Shown here in pieces: positions 38,060 through 47,360 of a stretch of DNA of 57,903 bases. The translations under genes and the position numbers were made by a program. Position 1 is the stretch's first letter, and each line of letters starts with the position of its first letter. Below the pieces are notes generated by a model. The model saw only the letters and a program-made list of their open reading frames with translations, was not told the DNA's origin and did not search any database. Source of the stretch: a virus (Duplodnaviria > Caudoviricetes); IMG/VR virus record IMGVR_UViG_3300017828_000001, positions 1-57,903 of that record; one strand, written 5' to 3'.

Positions 38060-38524
38060 CTACAAGTCGTTGCGAATGGTTTTCAACTTCGATGGGCCAA
38101 TGCCGCTCACTTCAAGCAGTTCGTCATCGCTGGCCTCACGTAAGTCGTCAGCGTTGTAGATGCCGTTTTGTTCAAGTGTTTGACCCAAAGACGGCCCAAC
38201 TCCCTTCACATCAAGCAGCGTTTCTCCTTCAGTTTTTTCAGTTGCGTTGAACACTTCTTCAGCAGAAGAGTTCTTCTCAACAGCTTCTTCTGGTGACGTT
38301 GCAGGCTCATCGTCGTCTACACGTTTAGGAAAACCCCCATCAATACTCTGCACCATTTCAATCTCTTTATCTTCACCTCCGAACGTCACTTCATCTTCAC
38401 CGTCGTTATCAACGTCAACAGACGCCTTGTTACCAGTGAAGTAACTGTAGACGGCTGCCGACGCAAGTGCCAATCCCGCTGTTCCAACTGCAATGACTGT
38501 CGGGTTTGTTAGTTGATCAATCAT
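38060..38524 (-). CDS. Membrane-anchored helix-hairpin-helix protein
   Basis: N-terminal hydrophobic helix; VKGVGP and VSGIGP HhH motifs. Confidence 0.82.
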   Translation of the reverse strand: MIDQLTNPTVIAVGTAGLALASAAVYSYFTGNKASVDVDNDGEDEVTFGGEDKEIEMVQSIDGGFPKRVDDDEPATSPEEAVEKNSSAEEVFNATEKTEGETLLDVKGVGPSLGQTLEQNGIYNADDLREASDDELLEVSGIGPSKLKTIRNDL

Positions 38525-38526
38525 TA

Positions 38527-39084
38527 TTATAGTCCTTCATCCAAAACCAGTTTCCCACCGCTCTCAAGTGTTAGTTCTTCCATACGGTCTTCAACTTCAG
38601 CCATCGTTAGTTGTCCAGTGAGGAAACCACTATACGCTGACCGCATCTCTTGGAGTTCAGTAAGACCTCGCTCAATGTTACTGACTGCGGCCTCAAATTC
38701 GGGTTGGAGTTCCGCAAGTTCGTCGTCTTCCAGTTCAGTGATCGTGATGTCTGGTGCAGAAACCTCGTCTTCCCAATTGATTACTGCGTTTACATCTTGT
38801 TCGTCTCCATCGCCAACAACCGCGTAGACCACGTAATCGTCATCGCTGTTGTCAATGCCAAACGGTTCGTCGTCACCAACGTACTCAACGGCGATGTTGA
38901 TACAGCCTTCCTCAAGTGCGTCGAGTTCCAACTCTACTGGTGTGTTGTCTTCAAGCACCTCGTCCTCGAAAACGGTAGTGACAACGCCACGATAGGTGTC
39001 GCCACCGATGTTTGCACTGATCTCGTCTCCGCTTTCTACACCGTTCAACGCTCGTGCCAGTTGTTTGTTGCGATAGTAAACCAT
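38527..39084 (-). CDS. Hypothetical acidic protein
   Basis: ORF in an operon-like array. Confidence 0.7.
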   Translation of the reverse strand: MVYYRNKQLARALNGVESGDEISANIGGDTYRGVVTTVFEDEVLEDNTPVELELDALEEGCINIAVEYVGDDEPFGIDNSDDDYVVYAVVGDGDEQDVNAVINWEDEVSAPDITITELEDDELAELQPEFEAAVSNIERGLTELQEMRSAYSGFLTGQLTMAEVEDRMEELTLESGGKLVLDEGL

Positions 39085-39086
39085 TT

Positions 39087-39314
39087 TCAGTCATCACCGT
39101 ACATCTCTTCACATTCTTCAAGCGTATCGGGCATCCCATCCCAACCGTCGAAATCGTAATGCCTTGTTGAAGTTTCATCAAACTCTTGGCCGCTCTCAAT
39201 GTAATCACGGAGGATTTGACCCTCCATGTATGATTCACCACGACCGTCAAGCTCGCCATCAATGTAAAATCCGAGTGTGCGCGGTTCAAATGTGACTACT
39301 GTTAGTGTTGTCAT
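39087..39314 (-). CDS. Hypothetical protein
   Basis: Acidic, tightly packed. Confidence 0.65.
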   Translation of the reverse strand: MTTLTVVTFEPRTLGFYIDGELDGRGESYMEGQILRDYIESGQEFDETSTRHYDFDGWDGMPDTLEECEEMYGDD

Positions 39315-39316
39315 TG

Positions 39317-39646
39317 TTAGTTGAGTTCCTCAAGTCGGTCTTCAAGCCGCCGATACAGTTTCTTTTGGAGCCATGCAGCACGGTTGAACGTGCCATTGTG
39401 CAGTCGGGTGAGCGAGGACAGCAGCGTTGTCCATTTGTCTGATTCAAGGAACAACCGTTCGTCACTGTCTTCCAAGCCCTCAACAACTGTGTGGATGTCT
39501 TCAAGCTCTTCGACTCGTTCATCGAAGTTGTTTTTCTCAGTTGCGTGTTCGCTGTACCCATCAATGAGCATCGGGACAAACTCACGTAGCTGACTACGTT
39601 CGTGTGTCCGTAGGTCGATGGGTACTGGAACCGTTTTCTCTCCCAT
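39317..39646 (-). CDS. Hypothetical helical protein
   Basis: TTTTTATA element about 25 nt upstream. Confidence 0.7.
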   Translation of the reverse strand: MGEKTVPVPIDLRTHERSQLREFVPMLIDGYSEHATEKNNFDERVEELEDIHTVVEGLEDSDERLFLESDKWTTLLSSLTRLHNGTFNRAAWLQKKLYRRLEDRLEELN

Positions 39647-39679
39647 GCACTTGTGTTAGGTGGTGGGAGTATAAAAAAA

Positions 39680-39812
39680 TTTGGAATTTGTACCACGTTT
39701 CTCTGCGGCGTGGGCAACCGCGTATTTTACGTTCCCGATGGGTCTTTTCGCCCTTTTTACCACCTCTAAGTGCGGCGGCAATGGCGTTCGGGCAGACGCA
39801 CTTACACTTACG
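39680..39812 (-). ncRNA. Candidate small RNA ending in an H-type pseudoknot
   Basis: GC-rich intergenic stretch: two hairpins, then gcgg-ttgc-ccacg-ccgc-agagaaa-cgtgg, then a T-run. Confidence 0.4.
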
Positions 39813-39820
39813 CACTACCG

Positions 39821-40273
39821 TTAGTTAAACGTTTCGTCGTCATCGTGACGGTACTGTTCTGACGACGTGCGTTCGGCCTCGTCACGCCGTTGTTCAAATC
39901 CCCGACCCCACGGAGTATCTTGATTAGCCGCTTGGTTGGCCGCACGATCATGCGACATCCACTCCGACTTTTCTTTGTCACTCATTTCTCGCCAATGTTG
40001 TGGGAAATCGTAATCTGTTTGGTTTCGTTTGTACTCTGTGTGGACACTGAAGCTATCTTTGTCGTACTTTTCGTGTTGGTGGATTTTGTCGCCTATCATA
40101 AACACAGTAACAACGTCGGCATCTTCGCGCCACACGAATCGAATACCGAGTTCGGCACGGTTGTCGGCAGCTACGTGGGCTATAGTGTTGTTCAGTTCAA
40201 CTGTTTTGTGGTTTGTGACTGTGAACCAATCGCCAAAGTGTTCAATGGAGTCGTACTGACTAATGTTGTCCAT
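39821..40273 (-). CDS. Hypothetical protein
   Basis: Acidic ORF with its own promoter. Confidence 0.7.
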   Translation of the reverse strand: MDNISQYDSIEHFGDWFTVTNHKTVELNNTIAHVAADNRAELGIRFVWREDADVVTVFMIGDKIHQHEKYDKDSFSVHTEYKRNQTDYDFPQHWREMSDKEKSEWMSHDRAANQAANQDTPWGRGFEQRRDEAERTSSEQYRHDDDETFN

Positions 40274-40318
40274 TACAGCCTAACAAACGTCACTGAAGAA
40301 TAAAAGTGTTTGGGTTAA

Positions 40319-40468
40319 CTACTCAAACTTGTCTATCCAGAAGTCAATGTAATCTAAATACTTCTCCATTAACGGATCAAAGTATTTATAAAAAAGGCCT
40401 AAAGTCGGTGGGATTAACAACACACCAAAAACTGTTGTTAACGTGTAAAACGCTATTAGTTTTATCAT
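40319..40468 (-). CDS. Small membrane protein (49 aa)
   Basis: ATGA coupling; hydrophobic N-terminal half. Confidence 0.55.
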   Translation of the reverse strand: MIKLIAFYTLTTVFGVLLIPPTLGLFYKYFDPLMEKYLDYIDFWIDKFE

Positions 40469-40773
40469 TGTAGTGCAGTGATGTCGTCCAGACTAACGTC
40501 TTCTTCAGCAGTTCCGTTCACTTCCTCAATATTTACAGTGTCGTTGCCTTGCAGCCATTTCAGCGTGATTAGTGAGTCGTCCTCAGTCGCCTCAGATGCC
40601 GTTGTTTCGTCGGAACCTACGGATTCCGACTCAATAGTGGCTTCCTTAGAAGCCACAACGACGGATATTGTGCCTATACCAATGGATTGGGTCGTGTGGT
40701 CAATGACTTCCCACGTGACGCCGCTGAACGGTTCTGAATTGATCTCAATATAGTTGGTGTTTTCATCAATCAT
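40465..40773 (-). CDS. Hypothetical acidic protein
   Basis: ATGA coupling. Confidence 0.65.
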   Translation of the reverse strand: MIDENTNYIEINSEPFSGVTWEVIDHTTQSIGIGTISVVVASKEATIESESVGSDETTASEATEDDSLITLKWLQGNDTVNIEEVNGTAEEDVSLDDITALQ

Positions 40774-41087
40774 CGTTCGTCACCGCTGCCTTGCAGCACG
40801 TCTCGTTCTTGTCGGTCAAACAACTTATCTAAGTTGGCATCAGCGACCTCGTTCAGACGAATGTCAAGTTCGTCGGCCAGTCGAGTGAGATACCACAACA
40901 CATCACCCAACTCATTTTCAAGTTCAGTGAGATCAATGTCGTCGCCACGTTTGTGTTTCTTTACCTTTTCTGCAACTTCACCAGCTTCGCCGTTCAGCCC
41001 CAATGCGAGGTAGCCAACAGCCTCGCCATCTGGATAAATTGCAGTCTCTTCCGTTCGGTCTTGGTAGTGGTCAAACTCGTGAATCAT
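40770..41087 (-). CDS. mazG: MazG-like nucleoside triphosphate pyrophosphohydrolase
   Basis: LGLNGEAGEVAEKVKK, ELGDVLWYL, NLDKL.DR. Confidence 0.92.
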   Translation of the reverse strand: MIHEFDHYQDRTEETAIYPDGEAVGYLALGLNGEAGEVAEKVKKHKRGDDIDLTELENELGDVLWYLTRLADELDIRLNEVADANLDKLFDRQERDVLQGSGDER

Positions 41088-41090
41088 CAG

Positions 41091-41282
41091 TCAAGTACGC
41101 CTCCATACTTTACTGCCTGACGCCAGTCTGGTTTGGGCGTTTCCAAATTTCCCTCCTCGTTCATTTTTTTTCGTTACACCAACCATTTCAATGTCGAGTT
41201 TTGGAAACTTCTTTTCTACTGTTTTGTCTTCAATCCAATAGTCGTCTTGTTTGTTTAACCACTGTAGGAACTCTCGTGTCAT
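41091..41282 (-). CDS. Hypothetical protein
   Basis: ATGA coupling. Confidence 0.5.
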   Translation of the reverse strand: MTREFLQWLNKQDDYWIEDKTVEKKFPKLDIEMVGVTKKNERGGKFGNAQTRLASGSKVWRRT

Positions 41283-41884
41283 CGTTCATCGACCCGTGGA
41301 AACGCATCTTCGAGGACTGGATGTAGGTCTTTGACAGCTACGTGGTTGTTCGTGTCAGATGCATAGAGATCAGCAACGTGAACCATTTGTGATAGGTGTG
41401 ACGTTGGTTGAGAACCAGCATACCACGGCCCACCATGTGATTCAACCGCATCAGTCACGTTATTTGGCAGTTCAGTGTTTTTCCGAAGCCAGTTTGCAGC
41501 GACGAGTCCAGCATTATTTACTGGTTCAACAACCGACGTTGGGGGGTGGCCGTATTTAAACATCTCGTGGAGGATGCACGCTGATCGACCACAATCAATT
41601 TCTTCCCACGATAAATGGCCCTGATTTACCATCGACTGTGTGATTCGCTCAAACGTTGTGCAGGTTCGTTTGACGTGAAGCCACAATCCATGTCGTTGTC
41701 GGTGTTCAGGCGGGTGGTGTCGCTTAGCCGCCCGTGCCGTCCAAAAGTACGATGGGAAATCTCTAACGGCCCCAATGGTCATCTCACGGAGTTCAGAATC
41801 GCTAATGTCCTCAATCTCTGGTAGTCGATTGATAGCTTCTTCTCTACCAAAGTCGTCGTATAAACCGCTTGTCGTAACTTCCAT
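41279..41884 (-). CDS. HD-domain phosphohydrolase-like protein (HD replaced by HE)
   Basis: HH..GLWLHV, ILHEMFKYG, SHGG.W, VHVADLYAS. Confidence 0.8.
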   Translation of the reverse strand: MEVTTSGLYDDFGREEAINRLPEIEDISDSELREMTIGAVRDFPSYFWTARAAKRHHPPEHRQRHGLWLHVKRTCTTFERITQSMVNQGHLSWEEIDCGRSACILHEMFKYGHPPTSVVEPVNNAGLVAANWLRKNTELPNNVTDAVESHGGPWYAGSQPTSHLSQMVHVADLYASDTNNHVAVKDLHPVLEDAFPRVDER

Positions 41885-41916
41885 ACAGAATTATTACGGA
41901 TTAGAGCAATAAAAGA

Positions 41917-42621
41917 CTATCGGTACTCTTCGGGCCACTTATATTCAAAGTCTGGTAACGGTTCACCCATGTAGTCCCATAGTTTTGGTGAGTCTTCTAC
42001 TGTCCAATAAACAATACCATATCCAGAGTAATTATTTTCTCGTATGTCGTAGTTTGATGGTTCTGGCAAACCAAGGTCAGTAAAATATTTTGAAATTTTT
42101 TCTGTATTTTCTATTTCATTAGAAATTCCTATTGATATTCTTCTACCATCTTTTTCATAACACCCATCTCCAACATACCAGTGTTTCAACACTGTTGGAG
42201 TTAATTCTATATCTTCGGGCCACACTTTTTTACCGCTCTCATACCATTCACGGAACTGATTAAATTTCGGATGTGACCTTGTTCTCCAAATAAATATGTC
42301 AGAGTAATTTTCCTCTTTTGCGTTCGGTCTAAAACCGTTTTTCTTATTCATTTTAACACTTTCAGCAGCAGTTTGTTCTAATGAAACACCAGTAGATAAA
42401 CAACCAAAAACATTATCTAAATATTCAAGATAGTTTGGACTAATCATTTCCACCATGAGACGTTTATTCTTACCATTTTTATTAATCCAACCATCACCCA
42501 TAAGAACGCCAGTTGTTATTTCAATCTGTTTTTGCGTGAGTTTTGGTCTATGTGAAGGTGAACCATTCCAGTGCATACCAATGCGCTTATACTTGTCACC
42601 ACATTCAGGACACTTGACCAT
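41917..42621 (-). mobile_element. Free-standing LAGLIDADG-type homing endonuclease with N-terminal zinc finger
   Basis: CPECG..HW, ITTGVLMGDG, LKHWYVGDG; AT-rich, basic; start moved to MVKCPECG. Confidence 0.85.
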
Positions 42622-42652
42622 GTAATAATTAACAGATAGAAATATAAAAAAG

Positions 42653-43114
42653 TTACTTTTCTTTAGAAAAGAGTGACGCAAGCAGACTTGTATATCCGAT
42701 TAAATCTTTAAGTGAGTCTAAAACTGTCTCATTTTCAACTGATACATCACTCTTAACCATAGTAAGATAATACGATCTAACAACCTTATCAAGTAAACGA
42801 TTAAATACACCATCAAACGTTTCCTCAAACAGTGACGTTGTTTGGGGTGTGTCAGATAGTTGAACAAACTCTACTTCGTTGGTTTCGTTGAAAAATTTTT
42901 CTGGAACACGAACACGGACTATTTTTTCACCACTGTTTTCACCCACAACAACACGTCCATCAATGTTGTCTCGACTCAGTGTAATCGTCTGTGGGCCATC
43001 TTCGTCTGCAATGATACGTTTGATTACAGCAGTTTTCTCCCAACTGTTACCATAATCGTCGTTCTTGTCGGCAACTGTCTCACTAACGTCGTTTAGCAGT
43101 TCAGTTTGGTTCAT
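42653..43114 (-). CDS. DUF1599-like (nucleotide modification associated domain 1) protein
   Basis: KNDDYGNSW, RLLDKVVR, ETVLDSLKDLIGY. Confidence 0.75.
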   Translation of the reverse strand: MNQTELLNDVSETVADKNDDYGNSWEKTAVIKRIIADEDGPQTITLSRDNIDGRVVVGENSGEKIVRVRVPEKFFNETNEVEFVQLSDTPQTTSLFEETFDGVFNRLLDKVVRSYYLTMVKSDVSVENETVLDSLKDLIGYTSLLASLFSKEK

Positions 43115-43335
43115 TGACGCTCTCCCTCAAGAACCTCTACTGAACCGTCTTCTTCACTGACATTCATCACACATTCGCACTCAACGGCCATTGTAAATTC
43201 GTACAGTTTTCCATCGTGCGCTAATGCCAACACATCATCGCTAACCCACTCAAGTTTGCCAGATTTATTCATTTGGTTTTCGGGCAATTCATCAAGTCCG
43301 TATTTATCACCAACTTTTATATCAGTTTGGTTCAT
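43111..43335 (-). CDS. Hypothetical protein
   Basis: ATGA coupling. Confidence 0.6.
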   Translation of the reverse strand: MNQTDIKVGDKYGLDELPENQMNKSGKLEWVSDDVLALAHDGKLYEFTMAVECECVMNVSEEDGSVEVLEGERQ

Positions 43336-43433
43336 TCTAACAGCTGTTCAACAAATGTGTTAATGAAGAACCCCAATCCAGCACCAGCGAAGAACAACAG
43401 CGTGTAATACGTTAGCGGGTTTACTTCAATCAT
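43332..43433 (-). CDS. Micro membrane protein (33 aa)
   Basis: MIEVNPLTYYTLLFFAGAGLGFFI...; ATGA coupling. Confidence 0.5.
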   Translation of the reverse strand: MIEVNPLTYYTLLFFAGAGLGFFINTFVEQLLE

Positions 43434-43617
43434 TCATCATCACTTCCAACTGGTGTTTCGTCGTACTCTTTTTTCTCGTCAAGTGTTTCAACAATAGTGT
43501 CCTCGTCTTCAGCCTCGTCAGAAACTTCACCAATTGCGCCGCTGTTCTCAAGCTGTTCTGTGATTTGGTCAGTATCGTCTGCCATCAAAATACATTAGCA
43601 GTCGAAGCTATAAAAAA

Positions 43618-44091
43618 CTATTGGAAACCTCTACCGCTTTCTTCGTGATCGTACTCTTCAGTCATTGGATTAGCACCCGCCATCATGTTAGCAATCTCAC
43701 TTTCATCGAGATGTTCGTCTAACACCTCCATCCGCTCGTCAACTGTTTCCGCATCTTCCATTTCTTCCTCAAGTTGTTCGTATTTTTCAATGTCGTCCAT
43801 CCGCTGTTCAAACGCTTCAGCAATGTCGAGATCATATTCACTTCGGAGAGACCCCAACGCAAGCAACACATCAACAGCGTCTTTGGTCAGCATTTTCTGT
43901 TTGTCTGGACTGTAGTCAGTGTCTTCGGCCTCAGCGACACGACAATTGACAAGTGTCTGAAGCAAATCCGAAGCGGTGTTCACAAGGAGTTCTGCACCAT
44001 GATTGGGTATTTCACCATCGAACTCTTCGTCTTCGTACTGGACTTTTTCATCAACAAACTCAAACATCTCTGTTAACGTTAGTTCCGACAT
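43618..44091 (-). CDS. Degenerate MazG-fold protein
   Basis: KDAVDVLLAL...DLDIAEAFEQRM resembles the MazG C-terminal helices but lacks the ExxE motif. Confidence 0.5.
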   Translation of the reverse strand: MSELTLTEMFEFVDEKVQYEDEEFDGEIPNHGAELLVNTASDLLQTLVNCRVAEAEDTDYSPDKQKMLTKDAVDVLLALGSLRSEYDLDIAEAFEQRMDDIEKYEQLEEEMEDAETVDERMEVLDEHLDESEIANMMAGANPMTEEYDHEESGRGFQ

Positions 44092-44163
44092 TACAAACTT
44101 TAGTAGGAACTACTGGCTTATAAATATTCCGACTAAAATCGCAGAATTAGAATTAGGGGCTTC

Positions 44164-44196
44164 TCAGCAGAGTGAGAAGCCACAGCCAGCACTACA
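44164..44196 (-). pseudogene. Orphaned 3' end of the zinc-ribbon minigene
   Basis: Reads CSAGCGFSLC-stop immediately after the endonuclease stop codon; 9/10 aa match the end of 44951-45052. Confidence 0.8.
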
Positions 44197-44916
44197 TCAC
44201 CTATACTTTTCAGGCCACTTATATTCAAACCCGTCTAACGGTTCTCCCATATATTCCCATAATTTTTCTGAATCATCAACTGAAAACCTCAGAACCATAC
44301 CTTCTCCAAAATCTCTCTCATAATGAGTGAGTGAAGGTTTAGGCAAACCCGAATCTACAAAATACTTTTTTACTTTTTCTCCATTCTCTGACTCATTGAA
44401 AGCAGATATTGTTATATAGTTACTTCCTGATTTATAATTAGCGCAACCATCCCCTACATACCAGTGTTTCAATACAGTTGGTGTTAATTGTATGTTATCA
44501 GGCCATATCTTCTCACCACTTTTATACCAGTTATGTAGATTAGTAAAGTATGGGTGTGTTTTTGACTCCCAAATATATTGATCTTGATAGTTTTCTTCTT
44601 TTGCATTTGGGCTGAAACCACTATCCCTGTTTTCTTTCGCTTTTTCTTCAGCCGTTTTTGAAATAGAGACCTTACTTGAAACAATATCAAAAGAATCGTA
44701 TAGATATTCAAGATATTGTTTTGCTACCATTATACACCGTATTTTACCCGTGTTTGATGGTGTGAGATAAACGTTCCCATCACCCATCAATAAACCCGTA
44801 GCTATTTCTTTTTGTTTTTCTGAAAGCGGTGGATATTCACAAGATGAAGAACGTGCCCAATGTTGGGCCAAACCTTTGTACTTTCCACCACACTTTGGAC
44901 AAACTTCTTTACCCAT
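44197..44916 (-). mobile_element. Free-standing LAGLIDADG-type homing endonuclease with N-terminal zinc finger
   Basis: CPKCG..HW..C, IATGLLMGDG, LKHWYVGDG; paralogue of 41917-42621; start moved to MGKEVCP. Confidence 0.85.
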
Positions 44917-44950
44917 ACTATTATTAATGTATGAAAAGGTATAAAAGCTT

Positions 44951-45052
44951 TTATCCGCAAAGCGAGAAGCCGCATCCAGCAACGCATCGGACACAGCCTT
45001 CCATTTGACATAGCTCTGCACCACAGTCAGGACATTGGTTTAGGTGTGACAT
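44951..45052 (-). CDS. 33-aa Cys-rich zinc-ribbon microprotein
   Basis: MSHLNQCPDCGAELCQMEGCVRCVAGCGFSLCG; ACTACTAATAG motif upstream. Confidence 0.75.
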   Translation of the reverse strand: MSHLNQCPDCGAELCQMEGCVRCVAGCGFSLCG

Positions 45053-45080
45053 TGGGTGTACTATTAGTAGTGTCTGTAAT

Positions 45081-47015
45081 CTATTTCAAGTCCTCTACAA
45101 GCAGATATTTGTGCCCATCTTTCTGCCCTTCATCATCGACTTGGAACACTTCGTGTTTACGCAGCTTCGCAACCGAGTTCTCTATCTTACTCTCCACTTG
45201 GCCGTTTGATACATCACCCCATAGTGGATTCGACGCATCGAGAATCGTGTTGGTGATGTCTTCGGAGTCTCGTGGTCGTTCAGCACGCACGTATCGCAGC
45301 CCTCTGTCGTCGGTGTAGTATTCAATCGGACTAATGCCGAGCATGTGAGTCAAGCCGAGTGAGTCAATGTCTTCGGGCGTTGTCCGACAGTCGTCAATGG
45401 CGTCTTGAAGGCTCTCACAGACGCGCTGATCGACTTCTGTCCACTCCACGTCCTCACCACCATCATCAGAACCAAACGCACTGAGGCCGCCCTCAGCGTC
45501 GTCTGAGCCAGATGACGGTTCGCCAGCATCAATGGGGTCATCGCCCATTAGGTCATCAACGGTGGTGCCACTAAGTTCTTCACGCATGTCGGCAACCGTC
45601 TCAGCAATCGGCTGGTCACGAATGGGGTCTGTCACATCACTGAAGAGCTCCTCGTAGATCGCTAAGTTCGGGTGGCCGAAGGTGTTGCCGCCGAGGAACT
45701 CATAGAGGTGGGCACCGTTCGGCCCTTCTCCTTCGTGGACTTCAATGAGGTAATCCTCTTCCATCTGGTCGAGAATGCCGTTGTCTCGTTGGTTGGTTAG
45801 TTGGGATTTTGACGGTGTTGTAATGTTGGCATATTCGTCAATGTATTCACGAATGTCCATATGCGTGGCCTGCATACCGCCATTCGGCCCCATTCCACCG
45901 ACACCATTGATGTCATCTGTAAGGGCCTCAATGACAGCAAGTTTCTGTTCGTTCATGTCGTGGGTGACGGCCAACAGTAGATCGCGGTAAGCGAGAACGT
46001 TACCCACGTCTTGTGGATCAGCGACGTAGTGAGTGACGCCATTGATTTCCATTGTCTCTCGATTGTGGTAGTTCAGCCGCGTCCACGCCCGAATGTGGTT
46101 AAATATCGCTTTGGCACCACGTTTCGACTGTGTTTTCTTGTAGCTAAGAATGTCATCAACCACTTTGAAACAGTCCCACCCATACGTATCGTTGTCAGTG
46201 ACGCTTACAGGCCACTCAATATCCTCGTCGTGGGGTATTACCACTGGATACGAATAGCCGTTTTTGGGGTCTTCATCCCACAGTGGGTCAAGTGGTCGTG
46301 GAATATTACTGATATGATTACGAACAGCATCTTTGCCATCATCAAAGTTGAAGTTGTATTCGTAATCTCTATCCTTTACTTCAACTTCTTTGTGGTCGGC
46401 CATCGTCTTCGCCACAGCCCGATTAATGTCTTGATCAGACTCCACCCGAATCTCCATCTGCCGTGTACGGAGTTCTTTTGGAATTTCTGAGTTGTTTTCA
46501 TCAGCAAACAAGAACACCGTTGGCATTGCCTGTTTTTCAATTTCTTTACCCTCCCGACCACCATCACCATCATCAACGTTCCGAGTGTGGGTAAAGCCAA
46601 CACCATCTTCGTTTGCATCGTCACCGCTACTGGACTTAACCATTTCCAACATCTTGCCTTGCATCTGTTGGAACTCTGCAAAGGCACCGATGTATTTTTC
46701 ATCCCACATATCTGCATCAACCATCCCCATGTCAGATGTGGAACCAGTGCGAAGCAGCCAGTGTTTCGGCCAAACACCATCAACATTTTGTTTGACCTCT
46801 GTCTTGCCCTCACCGCTTTTACCCTTCACAACAAGTTGAATGTACTCGTCTGGTTCTATTGATAATCCACTGGAATAGGCCGCATTGACCGCAAGGAATT
46901 GCGATTCATTACCGATCATTTCGCTCCGAATCACGTCAACCAAGTTTTCAGCGATGTTATCAGCTACACTATAGTCTGGTGATGTTTTGTCATCAACCTC
47001 TATCTCAAATGCCAT
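45081..47015 (-). CDS. P-loop ATPase, probable replicative helicase
   Basis: Walker A GKSGEGKT, Walker B-like AFAEF, Arg-finger-like ELRTR; located in the replication module. Confidence 0.7.
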   Translation of the reverse strand: MAFEIEVDDKTSPDYSVADNIAENLVDVIRSEMIGNESQFLAVNAAYSSGLSIEPDEYIQLVVKGKSGEGKTEVKQNVDGVWPKHWLLRTGSTSDMGMVDADMWDEKYIGAFAEFQQMQGKMLEMVKSSSGDDANEDGVGFTHTRNVDDGDGGREGKEIEKQAMPTVFLFADENNSEIPKELRTRQMEIRVESDQDINRAVAKTMADHKEVEVKDRDYEYNFNFDDGKDAVRNHISNIPRPLDPLWDEDPKNGYSYPVVIPHDEDIEWPVSVTDNDTYGWDCFKVVDDILSYKKTQSKRGAKAIFNHIRAWTRLNYHNRETMEINGVTHYVADPQDVGNVLAYRDLLLAVTHDMNEQKLAVIEALTDDINGVGGMGPNGGMQATHMDIREYIDEYANITTPSKSQLTNQRDNGILDQMEEDYLIEVHEGEGPNGAHLYEFLGGNTFGHPNLAIYEELFSDVTDPIRDQPIAETVADMREELSGTTVDDLMGDDPIDAGEPSSGSDDAEGGLSAFGSDDGGEDVEWTEVDQRVCESLQDAIDDCRTTPEDIDSLGLTHMLGISPIEYYTDDRGLRYVRAERPRDSEDITNTILDASNPLWGDVSNGQVESKIENSVAKLRKHEVFQVDDEGQKDGHKYLLVEDLK

Positions 47016-47054
47016 CTGTGCCCCAACGTAGTCGTTGGTGGGTAAAAAGCCTTA

Positions 47055-47318
47055 CTATTCTCGAACGAACTCAACTTCTGGCCCGTGTTCCCCGTTAGAA
47101 ACGTTGGAAACGCACCACTGACTATTTTTCAGGTCAAGAAAGTCAGCACGTTTCCACGCTCCGCCCTTTACTGGAGTCGCAATGACAACATCGCTCGCAA
47201 CTGACTCAACATCAGTCCAGCGTTCATATACACTACGGCGGTCGTCGTCAACAGCCTCGTCCAAAAACACTTCTTCTGTTGGAATCTCAGCAGTTTTCTC
47301 AATTGTATGGTCTGACAT
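47055..47318 (-). CDS. Hypothetical protein
   Basis: Start moved to MSDHTI; own promoter. Confidence 0.65.
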   Translation of the reverse strand: MSDHTIEKTAEIPTEEVFLDEAVDDDRRSVYERWTDVESVASDVVIATPVKGGAWKRADFLDLKNSQWCVSNVSNGEHGPEVEFVRE

Positions 47319-47360
47319 ACAAAAATAAATAAACAACCTATAGCAAAAAGAGTTACGCTT

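Noticed and set aside
39594-39828. 73-74 aa ORFs on both strands
   Set aside because: Basic, atypical composition; they overlap a promoter and the next gene; better explained as structured non-coding sequence
39885-39915. tRNA T-loop-like gttcaaatcccc (possible tRNA or attP)
   Set aside because: The flanks do not form a T-stem and it lies inside a minus-strand CDS; no tRNA found by eye
40770-44091. Z-base or 7-deazaguanine modification pathway
   Set aside because: MazG and HD are present, but no PurZ, DpdA, FolE or Que genes were recognised
34607-47015. Inteins in PolB or the helicase
   Set aside because: No C/S...HN splice junctions or large inserts; the LAGLIDADG genes are free-standing
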